A stretch of 64,000 bases of DNA from Podospora anserina (lineage: Eukaryota): the NCBI GenBank assembly GCA_017654855.1, contig CM030336.1, positions 3,844,001 to 3,908,000 of the forward strand. The letters are read 5' to 3'. How positions within the stretch are numbered: position 1 is the stretch's first letter; the number at the start of each line of letters is the position of its first letter. Position numbers and translations under genes: made by a program. Shown here piece after piece: positions 32,043 through 44,636 of this stretch. The notes under the pieces are model-generated. The model had not been told where the DNA came from, ran no database searches, and saw only the letters and a list, made by a program, of their open reading frames with translations.

Positions 32043-35000
32043 ATGGATGACACTCAGGAGTTCAACCCCAAGGACTTGCCTTCCTACCCCAAGCATACCG
32101 ACTTCAAGGACTTGAACACCAAGGCTGTTGAGAAGCGCATTGATCTCACCCCCGAGGCTTACGTCGAGGATCTTGACAAATTCCACCCCTTTGCCAGCCG
32201 CCCTGGTTGGAACGACGATGCCAAGGCCCGCAAGGTCAATGTCGCTATCAACCAGTACCGCATCAAGGTTGCCAAGCTGCCCACCATCTTCCAGTACAAT
32301 GTAAGCAACTCTTGACAGGGAACATCGTCTTGTGCTCATCATTAACACACATCTGCAGCTTGAAGTTTCCCCCAATCCCGATGCCAATGTGGTCTTCCGC
32401 AAGTGCTGGGAGAACCCGACCTTGCAAGCCCACATGAAGCAGTTCAAGACCCCCGAAGGCAAGTCGGGCGACTGGCTGTATGATGGTGGCAAGATCCTCT
32501 GGTCCCGCAACGACATTGGCAATCAGGCTGTCAAGAAGCAGATAGACCTCCGCGAGAATGAGGATGGCTCGCGTGGCAAGCCCCAGCCGCTTTTCATCAC
32601 CATCACCAAGACCAAGCAGTTGAACCTGGAGGCGATCAATGCCTATCTGGCTGGCAAGATGGGCTGGGACAATGTGGTTCTGGAGACTATCAGTGAGTTG
32701 TCACATGTCCAGAAGTTTATGCTGTGCTGTTGGAAAAGCTAAACATGTTATCTACCTAGCTTTTCTGGACCAGGTTTTCCGTGCTGGTCCCACTAGGGTT
32801 TTCGGTTTCATCGCCAACAAGCGTACGCTTATCCACCCCCAGAGCTCTGAGAGCATGCCTCTCAACGCTCTCACCGAGGCCATCAAGGGCATTTACTCTG
32901 CCATTCGCCTGAACTCGTCCAACATCACCGGCGGTCAGGGCCTCGGCGTCAATGTCGACGTCGCCAACAACACCTACTTCATTGGTCAGAACATGGCTCA
33001 GCTGGCCCGCCACTTGGTCATCAACTTGTGCCCCAATGTCGGCCCCCACAAGCCTGATGAGTTCTTCCAGTTTGTCAAGCCTGTCCAGGACAAGAACGGC
33101 AAATGGGGCATGTCTGCCGGGCTCAAGGCTCTCCGCCGCTTGACGAATCTTCGCTTCAGGGTCACTCATCGCGGCAAGAAGGACAAGAATGGGAACCTGA
33201 TCCCCTCCCCCATCTACAGGGTCAAGGGCGTCGTGTTTGAGCCAAAGTATGGTCAGGAGGGTGCGTCGGCCAAGAAGGTCACTTTTCAACGCAAGGAATT
33301 CAATGAGGCCACGCAGGAGATCACCACCTCCGAGATGTCCATTTACGACTTCTACGAGCTTCATTACAAGAAGCGTCTTCGTCTCTGGCAGCTGCCTCTG
33401 ATTGAGACCAACAAGGCCGGGTACTTTCCCATGGAGCTCTGCGAGGTGGAGCGCTTTTGCCCCTACCCATTCAAGCTTGATGGAGACATGACCACCAAGA
33501 TGTTGCGGTTTGCTGTCCAGGCTCCCAAGGAGCGTAAGATGCAGATCGAGAAGATGGTTGCCCAGCTCCAGTGGGGCAATGACAGGTTCCTCAAGCAATT
33601 CGGCATCCAGATGGACAGCACCATGCCCAGGGTCGAAGCCCGTGTCATTCCCAACCCCGGCATCTCATTCGGCAACAAGATCGTCAATCCCGGAGTGAGT
33701 GGTCGCTGGGATCTTCGTGGGCTCAAGTTCATTGAGCCCAACCCACAGCCACTCAAGTCGTGGGGCATCTGCGTCACCCAGGACTGCTGTGACCAGCCCA
33801 CTGTCGCCGCCTTCTACAAGAACTGGTCCAATATCTACAAGGGCCACGGTGGGCGGATCCAAAATGACCCCATCATCTTCCGGGCCCAGGGCAGTCAGTA
33901 CACCGAGGTCGTCCAGAATGCCTGGCATACGGTCGGCAAGAAATTCAATGCCAACCCTCAGATCATCTTCTTCATCCTCAAGGACAAGTCGGCTTGGTAC
34001 TACGAGCGCTTGAAGCGCAGCTCAGACTGCCGCTATGCCATGCCGACGCAGATGTTGAACCTTCAGCAGGTCCGGAAGGGCCAGGCGCAGTACTGCTCCA
34101 ACGTCTGCTTGAAGGTCAATGCCAAGCTAGGTGGATGCACTGCCGTGGCCGTCAAGACTCAGGCTGGGCAGCCGCTCAAGCCCAACTCTGTGGCGCCGCA
34201 CTTTGACAACACGCCTACCATGTTTATTGGTGCTGATGTTTCTCACGGCGCTGCTGGTCATCTGTCGCCTTCGGTTGCTGCCATGACTGTCTCCATGGAC
34301 AAGGCGGCCACCAAGTACGCCGCCGGTGCCCAGACCAATGGCTGGCGGGTTGAGATTATCCAGCCTTACAACATGATGCAGATGCTACAGCCCATGATTA
34401 AACAGTGGCGCCAGCGGAACGGTACGTTTCCCAAGCGCGTATTCTACATGCGCGACGGTGTCTCTGAGGGCCAGTACGCCCACGTCATGCAGCACGAGTT
34501 CCCGGCCATGAAGAAGGCGTTCGAGGCGGCCATGGCTAGTGAGAAGGCTGCCGCCCCGCTCTTCACCATCATCATTGCCACCAAGCGTCACCACATCCGC
34601 TTCTTCCCTGACAGCAACGCGGCGGACAAGAACGGCAACGCCCTCCCGGGCACCCTGGTTGAGCGTGAGGTCACCCACCCCTTCCAGTACGATTTCTATC
34701 TCTGCTCCCATGTGGCCATCAAGGGCACGGCACGCCCTGTTCACTACACGGTTCTGCACGACGAGGTCAAGCTGCCTCCTGCCAAGCTTCAGGAGATGAT
34801 CTATCACCAGTGCTACCAGTATGTGCGGTCCACCACTCCGGTGTCTCTGCACCCTGCCGTGTACTATGCCCACTTGGTGAGCAACCGCGCGCGTCCCCAC
34901 GAGATGGGCCTCTTCACCGACCGTGTCCCCGAGGACGTCAAGCATGGTATCCTCCGCGCGGCTCTGGGCAACTATGCCAAGTTGCAGAAGGCCAGGAAGG

Positions 35001-35131
35001 CCAGGCAGAAGGACAGCCAGACCTCCCAGAGCGACGAGCGCGACAAGATCTGCCCCAAGCTCATGCCCCTTGGACGGGAGGCCAAGCCCGGGGCCAAGGA
35101 GGCGTTCGAGGCGGGTATGTGGTTCGTCTAA
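32043..35131 (+). CDS. sms-2: Argonaute protein, SMS-2 (meiotic silencing) clade; introns 32301-32358 and 32693-32759
   Basis: ArgoN (FASRPGWN...NQYRI...IFQY), PAZ (YFPMELC), MID (NVCLKVNAKLGG) and PIWI with GADVSH, RDGVSEGQ, GTARPVHY, RSTTPVSLHPAVYYAHL. The last motif is of the SMS-2/Ago1 type rather than QDE-2 as I recall it. The Argonaute call is certain; orthology is inferred. Confidence 0.85.
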
Positions 35132-35804
35132 ACGACGACCACCATGTCATCACACCATGTCATTTTGTAAATATATCATGTATATTGAGCCTGGCAGTAG
35201 GGGAGATGGTTCCACGACGACTATCAAGGGGGAGTGACATTTCGGGCGAGAATGCAAGGAAAGTCGATGGGAGAGCCTCTGACCGCGGAAGACCTTGGCT
35301 GAGGATTTGAGTTCGGAGAGTAAAGGAGGACAGACAGGTGTTAGGAAGCTTATAGCATCCTGCAAATCCATCGTTGCTTTTTGAAAATCCTCGTGTCTGC
35401 TTCAGTGTGATTTTCGATGTGGTGACGACTTGGTGATATGTGTGATGTGGTACAGATAGATTCAGTGGTGATGAGGAGAGGTAGGTGAGTATTTATATAA
35501 CCCCTTTTTCCACCACTCTCACCACAGCAACGGGTTGGAGTTCAAGCTAGGGTCCAGCTTATGTCATGCATCTATCTTGCCAAGGATCTCGCAGCAAAGT
35601 GTAACCCCACCAAAAACGTCAGCGGCCGCTCGTCACAGGTGTGTGTGCCCCGCCGTGCCGAGCACATGCTGAGACCTGGAGTCTTGGGGGATGTGCCGCT
35701 GTTTCCGGCGAGAAAGTTGTTCTCCAACCTTTGGGGATTTTTCCCACTTCCTCTCCTTTTCCATCAACCCTTGACATCAAACAAGAAGAGGCGCGACAGT
35801 AAAT

Positions 35805-38800
35805 ATGGCGTCCTTTTTACGAGCCAAACAGAGCGGTGTTGCGACCGACCTGTCTGCCGGGCTGCTACCAGGGAGTTTTAACCCTGACGAGCTGGCCAGA
35901 TATGGGATCAACTCCCAGGTTAGGTACGCTCCTCCCCTTCTTTTTTTTTTTTTTTTTTGTTTCCCATCCCTTCATCTCGTCGGCCAGAAGACAAATCTAA
36001 CGGGATATGTTTGGGGGATAATCAGTTGTTTAGCCTACGACCCGACCCGATCCCTCCTCGCGGTCGGCACATCCCCATCGACCTTTTCTCCCAGGGGGAA
36101 AATCTACGTCTTTGGTCGTGACCGCGTCCATCGGATCCTCCAACCTCCCAATCCCTCCGGGGGGGTTTCCTATCGACAGCTCGCCTTTGTGAATCATTCG
36201 TTGGTGTCACTTGATTCGAACAACGAGGTTGCCTTGTGGGATTTGGAGACTTGCACCCAGACGTCAAAGTACAGTTACGTTAAAGTTTCTAGTTTGGTCA
36301 CTGATCCTGCTCTTGACTGGGCTTTTGTTGGGTCGGCGTCTTCTTCGGGGGATGTGCAAGTTTATGACCTTGACCGAGCGAGGCCGGTGCCGTTCCGGTT
36401 GGGGAATTTGGCGAAGGAGGTTTACCCGAGGGAGATGATTGGGGATCGGGCGGGGGTGGCGGCTATGGCGATGCATCCGAGGGATATCGGGAAGCTGGCT
36501 GTGGGGTATGCCGGGGGGGTGGTGGGGGTTTATAGTTTTAAGATGGGGGGGGTGCAGAGGTGGTATGAACCGCCGCCGGCTGGGGGGATGATGATGATGA
36601 GGGGGAAGGTGAAGTTGACGAATGTGGTTTGGCACCCGTCGGGGACTTTTCTCATGGGGGGGTATGAGAATGGGGTGATGGTTTTTTGGGATGTGAAGGA
36701 GGGGAGGGTGGTTGGGGTGAGGGATGTTTATGGGTCGTTGGATGATCTGGAGGGGGATAGGAGGGATAGGGTGCCGTTGGGGAGGGTGAAGTGGGCTTGT
36801 AAGGGGAACAATCCGGATGATACTGGGTTGGTGGTGCAGGGGGGGTGGGATAGGGGGGAGCAGCAGAGCGGGAAGAGGGGGATAAGTTTTCTTGATTTGG
36901 GGCCTACGCCGGTTTATGCAACGAGTTCGTGGGAGGTTTTGGGGGGGTACGTCAAGGGGAGGGGGGAGAGGGTGGTGATGGAGATGCCGCCGGGCGCAGA
37001 GGTGGTGGATTATGTGTTGATCCCTAGACAGAGTCCGTATTTTGATGGGGCGCAGGATCCGCTTGCGGTTATGGCCATGTTGAGCTCTGGGGAGTTGATT
37101 ACTATGAGTTTCCCGTCCGGGTGGGCGATCAGTCCGACGAACATGCTGCATCCGAGCTTGTCGTTTGTGCACCCGTTTGTGCAGAGGATTGGGGTGGCGA
37201 GTGTGGGGAGGGAGAGGTGGTTGGGGATGGTGGAAAAGAGGAGCCAGGGGGAGGCGATACTGAAGGGGGGGAAGGGGGGCAATACGAGGAGGAAGATGGT
37301 GGATGTGAGGAATGTGATTTTGGTGGCGCACGCGGATAGCACGGTGAGGATTTGGGATGTCGGGTTTGCGGACGAGGTTGAGAACCCGGGGCAGTTGCAG
37401 GTTGATGTGGCGAGGGCGGTGGGGAGGTTTGAGGATGTGAGTGTCAGTGAGGTGCATATGGCCGAGGGGACGGGGGAGTTTGCCGCGGGGACGAAGACGG
37501 GGGAGGTGGTGGTTTACAAGTGGGGGGTTAATAAGTTTCATGGGAGGGATGCGACGACGGCGCTGGATCCAAAGCCTGGAGGACTGACGGATATCAGTAC
37601 GAGGGCTGAGCCTTCACTCAAAGAGGGTCTTCAACCCTTTGTGCTCTACGAGATGGCACAAGGTCCCATCTCGGCGCTTTGCGTCTCAGACGTAGGGTTC
37701 ATCGCAGTCGGATCAGAAGGAGGACACTTCAGCATAATCGACCTCCGCGGCCCATCCGTCATCTACACCTCCCCAGTGACCGAGTTCATCACCCAAGAAA
37801 AGAAGTCCTTCTCCCTCAAGAAATCCTCCTCCTCCCACAACAAGTTGGAATTCCCCACGGCTATTTCCTTTGGCGTCATGACACTCGAAGGAGACAGCTA
37901 CTCCTCCATCTGCTGCTTCGTCGGCACAAACCTAGGCCACATTGCGACGTTCCGCCTCTTGCCGTCAGGGCAATCTTACACGGCAAAACCCGCCGGCTTC
38001 ATCAAGACCTCAGCCGACAGGGTCATTTCCCTCAGCCCGATCAACTCGGAAACTGGCTCCCCGGCCACAGCAACGGGGCAGTCGGTCGCTGGTTTGAGGT
38101 CAAACGTCCAAACCCCCGGCGTTTTAGTCGCCGTAACCCAATCCGAAATCCGGATTTTCAAACCCTCCACCAACAAGGGCGCGTCCAAATCTTTTGACGA
38201 CCAGCTTTGCGACTCTGCCAGAGTCATCCACCCGCCTAATCTCCCACCGTCGGTTGTCTGTCTGTTCGGTGACCGCACCACAAGGGCGTATTCCATCCCG
38301 TCGCTCAAAGAAGTCGGCCGCGCAAGTTTGTCCATGCTGGACCCCTCCCGGACGCTGTCGTGCGTGATATCAAAAACGGGAGAGCTGATAGCGTGGAACG
38401 GACCGTCTGAGATTGCAGTCATGCCCGTTTATGGGAGCGGTAAAGGGCTCCCTGTGTCGACGGATAGTTTGATTTCGCCCGAGAGGACACTACCCCCCAG
38501 ACCGACGATTTCGAATCTTCAGTGGATCTCGGGGACGCAATATGTCAGTCCGACGGATTTGGATTTGTTGATCGGGGGGGAGGGGAGGCCGCCTTCGAAG
38601 AGGGTGGTGAGGGCTGAGGAGGTGGAGCGTGCTGCTGCTGGTGGTGGCGGGTACGGCGGGAGCCGTAGCCAGCAACAACAAGAGGGCTGGGGAGATTATT
38701 TGGTCAGGCAGGTGAATGAGAGGACGGAGAAGCTCAGCTTTGTGGACGATGCGATGATGAAGCTGCAGGAGGCGAGCAGCGGGTGGGCGGAGGATGTCAA

Positions 38801-38864
38801 CAATACGGTCAAGGAGCAGAAGAGGGGGTTGTTACTGGGGGGGTTGAAGAAGAGTTTCTTTTGA
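35805..38864 (+). CDS. SRO7: Sro7/Sro77 (Lgl/tomosyn family) WD40 exocytosis regulator; intron 35924-36025
   Basis: DELARYGINSQ, SCLAYDP, HPRDIGKL, GELITMSFPSG, SDVGFIAVG and a C-terminal R-SNARE-like segment (QVNERTEKLSFVDDAM). Confidence 0.88.
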   Translation: MASFLRAKQSGVATDLSAGLLPGSFNPDELARYGINSQVRYAPPLLFFFFFCFPSLHLVGQKTNLTGYVWGIISCLAYDPTRSLLAVGTSPSTFSPRGKIYVFGRDRVHRILQPPNPSGGVSYRQLAFVNHSLVSLDSNNEVALWDLETCTQTSKYSYVKVSSLVTDPALDWAFVGSASSSGDVQVYDLDRARPVPFRLGNLAKEVYPREMIGDRAGVAAMAMHPRDIGKLAVGYAGGVVGVYSFKMGGVQRWYEPPPAGGMMMMRGKVKLTNVVWHPSGTFLMGGYENGVMVFWDVKEGRVVGVRDVYGSLDDLEGDRRDRVPLGRVKWACKGNNPDDTGLVVQGGWDRGEQQSGKRGISFLDLGPTPVYATSSWEVLGGYVKGRGERVVMEMPPGAEVVDYVLIPRQSPYFDGAQDPLAVMAMLSSGELITMSFPSGWAISPTNMLHPSLSFVHPFVQRIGVASVGRERWLGMVEKRSQGEAILKGGKGGNTRRKMVDVRNVILVAHADSTVRIWDVGFADEVENPGQLQVDVARAVGRFEDVSVSEVHMAEGTGEFAAGTKTGEVVVYKWGVNKFHGRDATTALDPKPGGLTDISTRAEPSLKEGLQPFVLYEMAQGPISALCVSDVGFIAVGSEGGHFSIIDLRGPSVIYTSPVTEFITQEKKSFSLKKSSSSHNKLEFPTAISFGVMTLEGDSYSSICCFVGTNLGHIATFRLLPSGQSYTAKPAGFIKTSADRVISLSPINSETGSPATATGQSVAGLRSNVQTPGVLVAVTQSEIRIFKPSTNKGASKSFDDQLCDSARVIHPPNLPPSVVCLFGDRTTRAYSIPSLKEVGRASLSMLDPSRTLSCVISKTGELIAWNGPSEIAVMPVYGSGKGLPVSTDSLISPERTLPPRPTISNLQWISGTQYVSPTDLDLLIGGEGRPPSKRVVRAEEVERAAAGGGGYGGSRSQQQQEGWGDYLVRQVNERTEKLSFVDDAMMKLQEASSGWAEDVNNTVKEQKRGLLLGGLKKSFF

Positions 38865-39539
38865 TTTTTTGCGAGGTTATCTAAGGGTATGGAACGTGTG
38901 GGTAAGGTTGGGTCAGGGGAGTTTTTTGGATGTGTTTTAGATACCATGAATGGATGTTTCTTCGTTGCTTTGCAATGTGGCTAACTTGTGAGGTTGTATG
39001 CTTTGTTTGCTGCGAAAGGGAGGTGGATGTTTCATACCGCTCATGTTAGGTTGGCTGGGCATGTCTATCTTTTATCATGTTTGTTGTCTATTTGGATGGC
39101 GAATGATTGAGATTTTTGGCCATCTCATCTTCTACTAACCAACCCAGCCACATGGAAAAACACCCTCGTCCACAATGTCTCCCTCGGATGCCTCTTTCCA
39201 ATAGAGTGTGTGATTTAGTTTCAAGAGTGTTCTCACCTCACATAATAAGCATCGTTTAAGCCCTCTTCTCACAAGTTCACAAGGCACAAAGATATTCGAT
39301 AGCAGCAAATTCATCAGATACCTCTTTCTCATTCGCATCAACAGCGCCGCCGCCCCGGTATCATCGTAAGCTAGGTACATGAAATGTTCCATATTTCCAT
39401 ATCATCATCTCGATCAGGTATATCCTCCTCACATAGGTAGTGCTAAAAAAAATTCCAAACCATTGCCATCCCAATAGTTATCATCCCTATTCCAATCAAT
39501 CAGGTATCATTAATCACAAAATTCCACACACACACACAC

Positions 39540-41215
39540 TTAGTAAGTGTAACGGAACCCAGGCTCATAATCCTCATCGCCATCAGCCTCAAGCTCCTTC
39601 TCGCCCCTGTCGGCCGCGCTGTTGGACCGGTAGAAGCTCAAGCTGAGAATGCCAACCAGGATCAGAGTAAGACCGCTGGTGGCAATGCAGGCATAGAGAC
39701 CGGGGCGGTAGTGGGGCGCGTCCTCGCCTCTGAAGACGAGCGAGCCGGCGATGCCGCCGATGCCGCCAAACATGACAAAGGTGGCCGAGCAAAAGGCGCG
39801 CTTCCACTGGCCGCGGATGTTGTTGGCCTGGTAGGACAGGGCGGTCGAGACGTTGGCGTTGGCGCCGGCGGTGACGAAAAAGACGCCAAAGTAGCGGACG
39901 GCCGAGCTCTTGGCGAAGCCCATGATGGGGAGACCAATCATGCAGAGGATGATGTTTCCGACAATGACGGGGCCGCGGACGTGGTACTTGTCGCCGATCC
40001 AGCCAGAGAGGTAGATGATGATGGCGGCAAAGGCATAGGGAGGAGCAACCAGGCACTGAGCCTCGCCGACCGAGAATCCGAGCTCGAGGTTGAGAATGAT
40101 GGGCAAGAAGTAGGCGAGGGCGTAGGTGACGGTGGTGGTGTTGAAGAAGATCATGGCGTAGGCCCAAATCTTCCAGTCGAGACCGGCACCGAGGTACTTC
40201 TTGATGGAGAATTCCTGGACCTTGACATCACCACGGTCGGCGTTGACACGAGCGCAAATCCACTCCTTCTCGGTGGGGCCAAGGAAAGACCAGGACTCTC
40301 TCTTGGAGTCGGGGAAGTCGACGAGGAGCCAGTAGCCGACAAGACCGAGCACGCAGGTGAGGATACCTTCAATGACGAAGATCCATCTCCAACCGTTCAT
40401 GTCAGCAAGGCCCTTCATTTGCATGATCTGTTTGTGATCGGTCAGTTACTGGTTCGCTGATGCCAAGACACATATATATCCGGGGAAACTCACTCCGTAA
40501 GCCAGGATACCAGCAAAGGCACTGGCGCAAGAACCAATGAGATAGAAGACGGCGTTTCTCTTTCCGACCTCATCTGTTCTTCATGTCAGCGCAAAGTTCT
40601 CACCATGATGATAACACAGGATTGACTTACATCTAGTGTACCAGGTGCTCAAAAGGTAGACAGCGCTGGGGAAGAAGCCAGCCTCCAACACACCGAGAAG
40701 AAGTCTCATGCCGGCCATCTGCTCCCAGTTCACGACGAAACCCATACCAATCATGACGGCACCCCACAAGACAGTGATGGCAGCCAAATGCAATCTGGGA
40801 CCAATCTTGCGGACAAGAATGGTGGATGGGGGCTGGAAGATGATGTAGGTGACGAAGAACAAGAGGGAGATGAGAGACTGTTTGTCGATCATGTTAGCCA
40901 TGCAGTCCAAAACCCAAGAGACAAATGGCAACTCACGTAGCGGTTTCCAATCAAGACGAGATCAACACCCATGCCGGCGATGTTGGCGGCACCCAAGTTG
41001 GTACGGTCCATGAGCGAGATGCAGTACATGGCACCGACAGTCAAGACGAGACGGCGATCGACCCGTCTGAGAATGGCCTTCTCCTGCTCTGGCGTGAAGC
41101 CAAAGTCGGCAGGCGAGCGGTGGACATCCGAGCCAGCCTTGGAGCCAGCCTTGGAGTCAGCATTCTCAATGTTGTTGACTTCGCCGGCGGCGACCTTCTC
41201 CGAAGAGGAGTTCAT
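39540..41215 (-). CDS. MFS transporter, anion:cation symporter (Dal5/Tna1-like) family; about three introns between 40428 and 40937
   Basis: ILRRVDRRL, MDRTNLGAANIAGM, RLLLGVLEAGFFP, YLLSTWY, GWRWIFVIEG, YQANNIRGQWKRA, GFRYTY. Confidence 0.88.
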
Positions 41216-44200
41216 TCTTCCCTGGTCGTAGGGGGGGGGGTTGCGGTGCCCTTCTGGTCTCCGACTGGAAGAGCTGTTTGGCTGAAACGGGGGGGGGGAT
41301 GGGCGGTCGAGGTTTGAAGGGTGAGGAGGTGAGGACGAAGAAGGAAGGACGACAGCATGGGAAAGTCGTGTCTAATGTACCCCAACCCATTCCTCGCCCC
41401 CGTCGCATTCTTGATCGACTTTAGCAACTCGCACTCTGCTCATCCCCGTCACAGCTCCCCATAGCTACTCCATTTCCCCCGCATCCTGTCAGCTAGCTAC
41501 CGTCTCCATCGAGCTGGACTGCACGCTACACTAGCACACTAGGTAGGTAGGGTCTTGGAGTCGAGGCCAAGTTCCAGGTCCCCTGTCCAATCCAACCGTC
41601 GGCTGCATGTCACTCACACCGCATCCTTGCTCTCTGCTCGAAAGAAACCGAGGCCGGTGGTTGCCAAGAGGAGCCGGACCTATCGCAGCGCCGCAACGTC
41701 GGACAGCAAGCCTGCCTTATACACCACCACTCTAGATCCATGATGCCAGTAAGCTCCACGCATCCTGCCAACTCAAGCCGATAGTTCCAAACGCTCAAAC
41801 AGTCGGAAAGCCCACACCGGTCCTCCTTGTCGCAGTATCTTTTTTTCTCGTACAGGCCAGATCGAACCGGCGATGACCGCCTCTTTCGTGTAAGCAAAGG
41901 GCTCCATTTCCCAACATTCAGAGGGGCGAGCCCGCCTTCCCGCCTTGACAGATGGAGCCAACCCCAGGTTTTCCGGCCCCGTTTCCCACGAACGGACCCT
42001 CTTACCAAGACTCTGGGAAGGGGTGAGCAAAAGTTGGCGGGGGAATCTGGTGGCCTCTCAGATCTTCGGTGAATCTCAGCAGATGGAATTCACTTCCGGA
42101 TTAGGATGGCATCACCGTTGAGCGTGCACATCCAAGCACGTGGAGGCGAGACCAGACTAACGTTATTGGTCCTTTGTTGTACGGTAGTGCTGCAGGCTGG
42201 ACTGACGGCAGCAGGCTACTGAAGTGAAGTTTGTACCGGAAATCATCTCGCGGTCACCTTGCCGCACGCCAGTGCCGCCCCCCTTTTCCCAGTGTTCGTT
42301 GAGAACTGCGGAGAAAACAGGTCCACTGCTTGTCTCCTCTTCCCCAGACTCGAGAATCCACAGTGGCACAGTGGCAGGTTGGCTCCAATTTTCTCCGCAT
42401 TTTAGCACGTCTTGAGGCTGCGTTAGGCGCGGAAGCTAAAATGTCGACGATTCCAAACCGAGACGTGACCGAGTTCAGGCGTTGCTTGCGATTGGTTCGA
42501 ACGAGTGCGGGGGAAAGTCTTGGACTTGTCTTGGCCAGGTCTTTGGGGGCAGGCCTGGGGGAATGGTGAGGTCGTTGAGGGGCTCATACGATGGGTGTCG
42601 ACGCCAAACAGCTTGTTCATGACGCTCTGTGGCGTCGACCATGGCTCTTGATTCCCCTTGGCAGCACCGACTTGGTTGAAACCGTCGCTAGAACTCGGCA
42701 CGATGGTACTGAAGCCGAGGTAATAGGGCAGAGCCAAGTATTGAGGCTGACTGCTTGTTTTCGTGGGTTGACGACTTCCCGTGAAGAGTGTTTTTTTTTT
42801 TTTTTGGGTGGTTTGGAATCTCGAAAGAAACGGGCGGAAACAGGCAGGAATTAGAGAAGCTGAAAGCTCGAGGTCCACTGTGGATATCATGAGGTTGTTA
42901 GTGGACTCATCGAAGTCTCCAGACTCCAGAGTTCGTCGTGTTCCCAGCATCATGACTCGTGAAGTATCGGAAGGGGGATCTGCCCAGATCTGGGCAAATC
43001 CGGGGTAGCGCTACCGAGAGACAGGATGGACCACACGTGCGTTACGTCGTGCAATAATCCGGGGACTCGGACGGCTCCCGAAGACGCATGGTTGACCTTT
43101 GACGGAAGCCATCTTGGTGATTGGAGTGCCGGCCGTGGTCTCGACCTCGGTCGCTAGCTTTTCCCTTTTCTCCAACTTCTTAGGGCTCGATAGACGCATT
43201 CTTTGCATTCTTGGGGGTGGTCTGCCATTGGGTCATGTGACGGATTGGGTATGTGATGGAGGTGGTTGGAGGACGTTGGGTTGGAGAACAGGGGTCGAGG
43301 GGAGGGGGCCTTGATCCAAATCTCCTTTCTCTGCTAGCGAATGGATGGTGAGTGGATGCCGAGGTCAGAAAATAGGGATACGAAGAAGACACGAACCGTT
43401 GGGCAAATCTTGGGGAATATGATGAATCGGTAACGAGATTGCTCCTGATGAGGAAGGGGCAAATGTGGTTCAACTGGTGTTGGATGCCCTTTCCCAACCA
43501 GTTTCTTGAGCATTGAGAAGGAACGGGGACGTCCGACAACCAACATCTACGTAGCAAACATCAATCCTGGGCAATAGCACCAGCCCGACCACATCGAAAC
43601 CGGGCTGCCAGAAATAACAAACAGGTTGCAATCCTTCGCTCGCTCGTCCTTCTCCCAAACTCCAAGACCGGCACTTTGGGGATGCCGGCACACGTCTCCC
43701 CGCAAAATCCACCTCTCTACCCCAGGAAACTGCAACATTGAGGTGCATTCCCGGACCCGGCACCTTTGGACACCTGGTAGCGTCTCACAGCAGCATCAGA
43801 GAGACCATACCCAGAGTCGGGTCAAGCCATCACTGTTGCCTTTTCCTCCTCCATCACAAGACCGCAAATCTTATTCCGGTACTTCACAAATGTTTTTGAG
43901 AATGTTAACTTTGAGCTTTCTCGATCTGGATCGAAACTTCAACAATGCGCTCGATCTCTTGTCACCAGCTATTGCTGGCGCAATGATCGTGGACCACGCC
44001 TCGCCATTGCTCCAAGTCATCGAAGAATCTATTCTGCTGCTGTCCACGTGCGAGTAACAGTGGTGGCCGCATCTGAGTCTGATGCCTGCGCGCAAGTATC
44101 AATGCATCTCACATCTTCTTCTTCAAGCTTGACAAGCACCTGTCGTGGTGAATGACGTGTCTTTGATTCTTAGGCGAGCCATACCATCCAAAGATAGACC

Positions 44201-44636
44201 AAAACACCACTCTTCAACAGACCCGGCGAACCCTCCTGCTTCTTAGGCATCTTCGCAAACCACGAACCGGCGCTGCTTCGGGCTGTCGAGCCGCTCGGCA
44301 TGGTTGGGGAGCAAAACCCATCTAAATAAATTGAACACCCCCAATCCGGACCTCCCCCTTCCGCCCTCGATGCGCCGCAACATGACTTCGCGGGAACTCT
44401 GCCCACGCAAAACGACGCGGAACCAGGGCTTGGCCATGTAAATAGATTTATCAAAACACCCCGGCACATGGGCGGGAGCACAGCGATTGGACAAGTTGTA
44501 TACAAGAGGTGTCATTGACACCCAAGATGAGCTTGACTGCAAACAAGCTATAAAGAGACTCTTTGTCTTGACGCCGTTGCCATGTTGATCTCCTCAGCTC
44601 AGTCTTGACCATCACCAGGTGTTTCTCTGCCCCAAG

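Noticed and set aside
1542..35131. Apparent cluster of RNA/chromatin genes (UTP22, SKI3, RMI1, ASF1, RNA14, Argonaute) as one system
   Set aside because: These are conserved housekeeping genes interspersed with unrelated ones. No shared motif or boundary was seen.
36264..37541. Long antisense His/Pro-rich ORFs (also 47122-48096, 50073-51317, 56336-57280)
   Set aside because: They are shadows of G-rich sense strands, which lack stops on the reverse strand, and show no domain features.
43803..43813. GACCATACCCA resembling the start of fungal 5S rRNA
   Set aside because: Similarity stops after about 11 nt and no internal A/C boxes follow.
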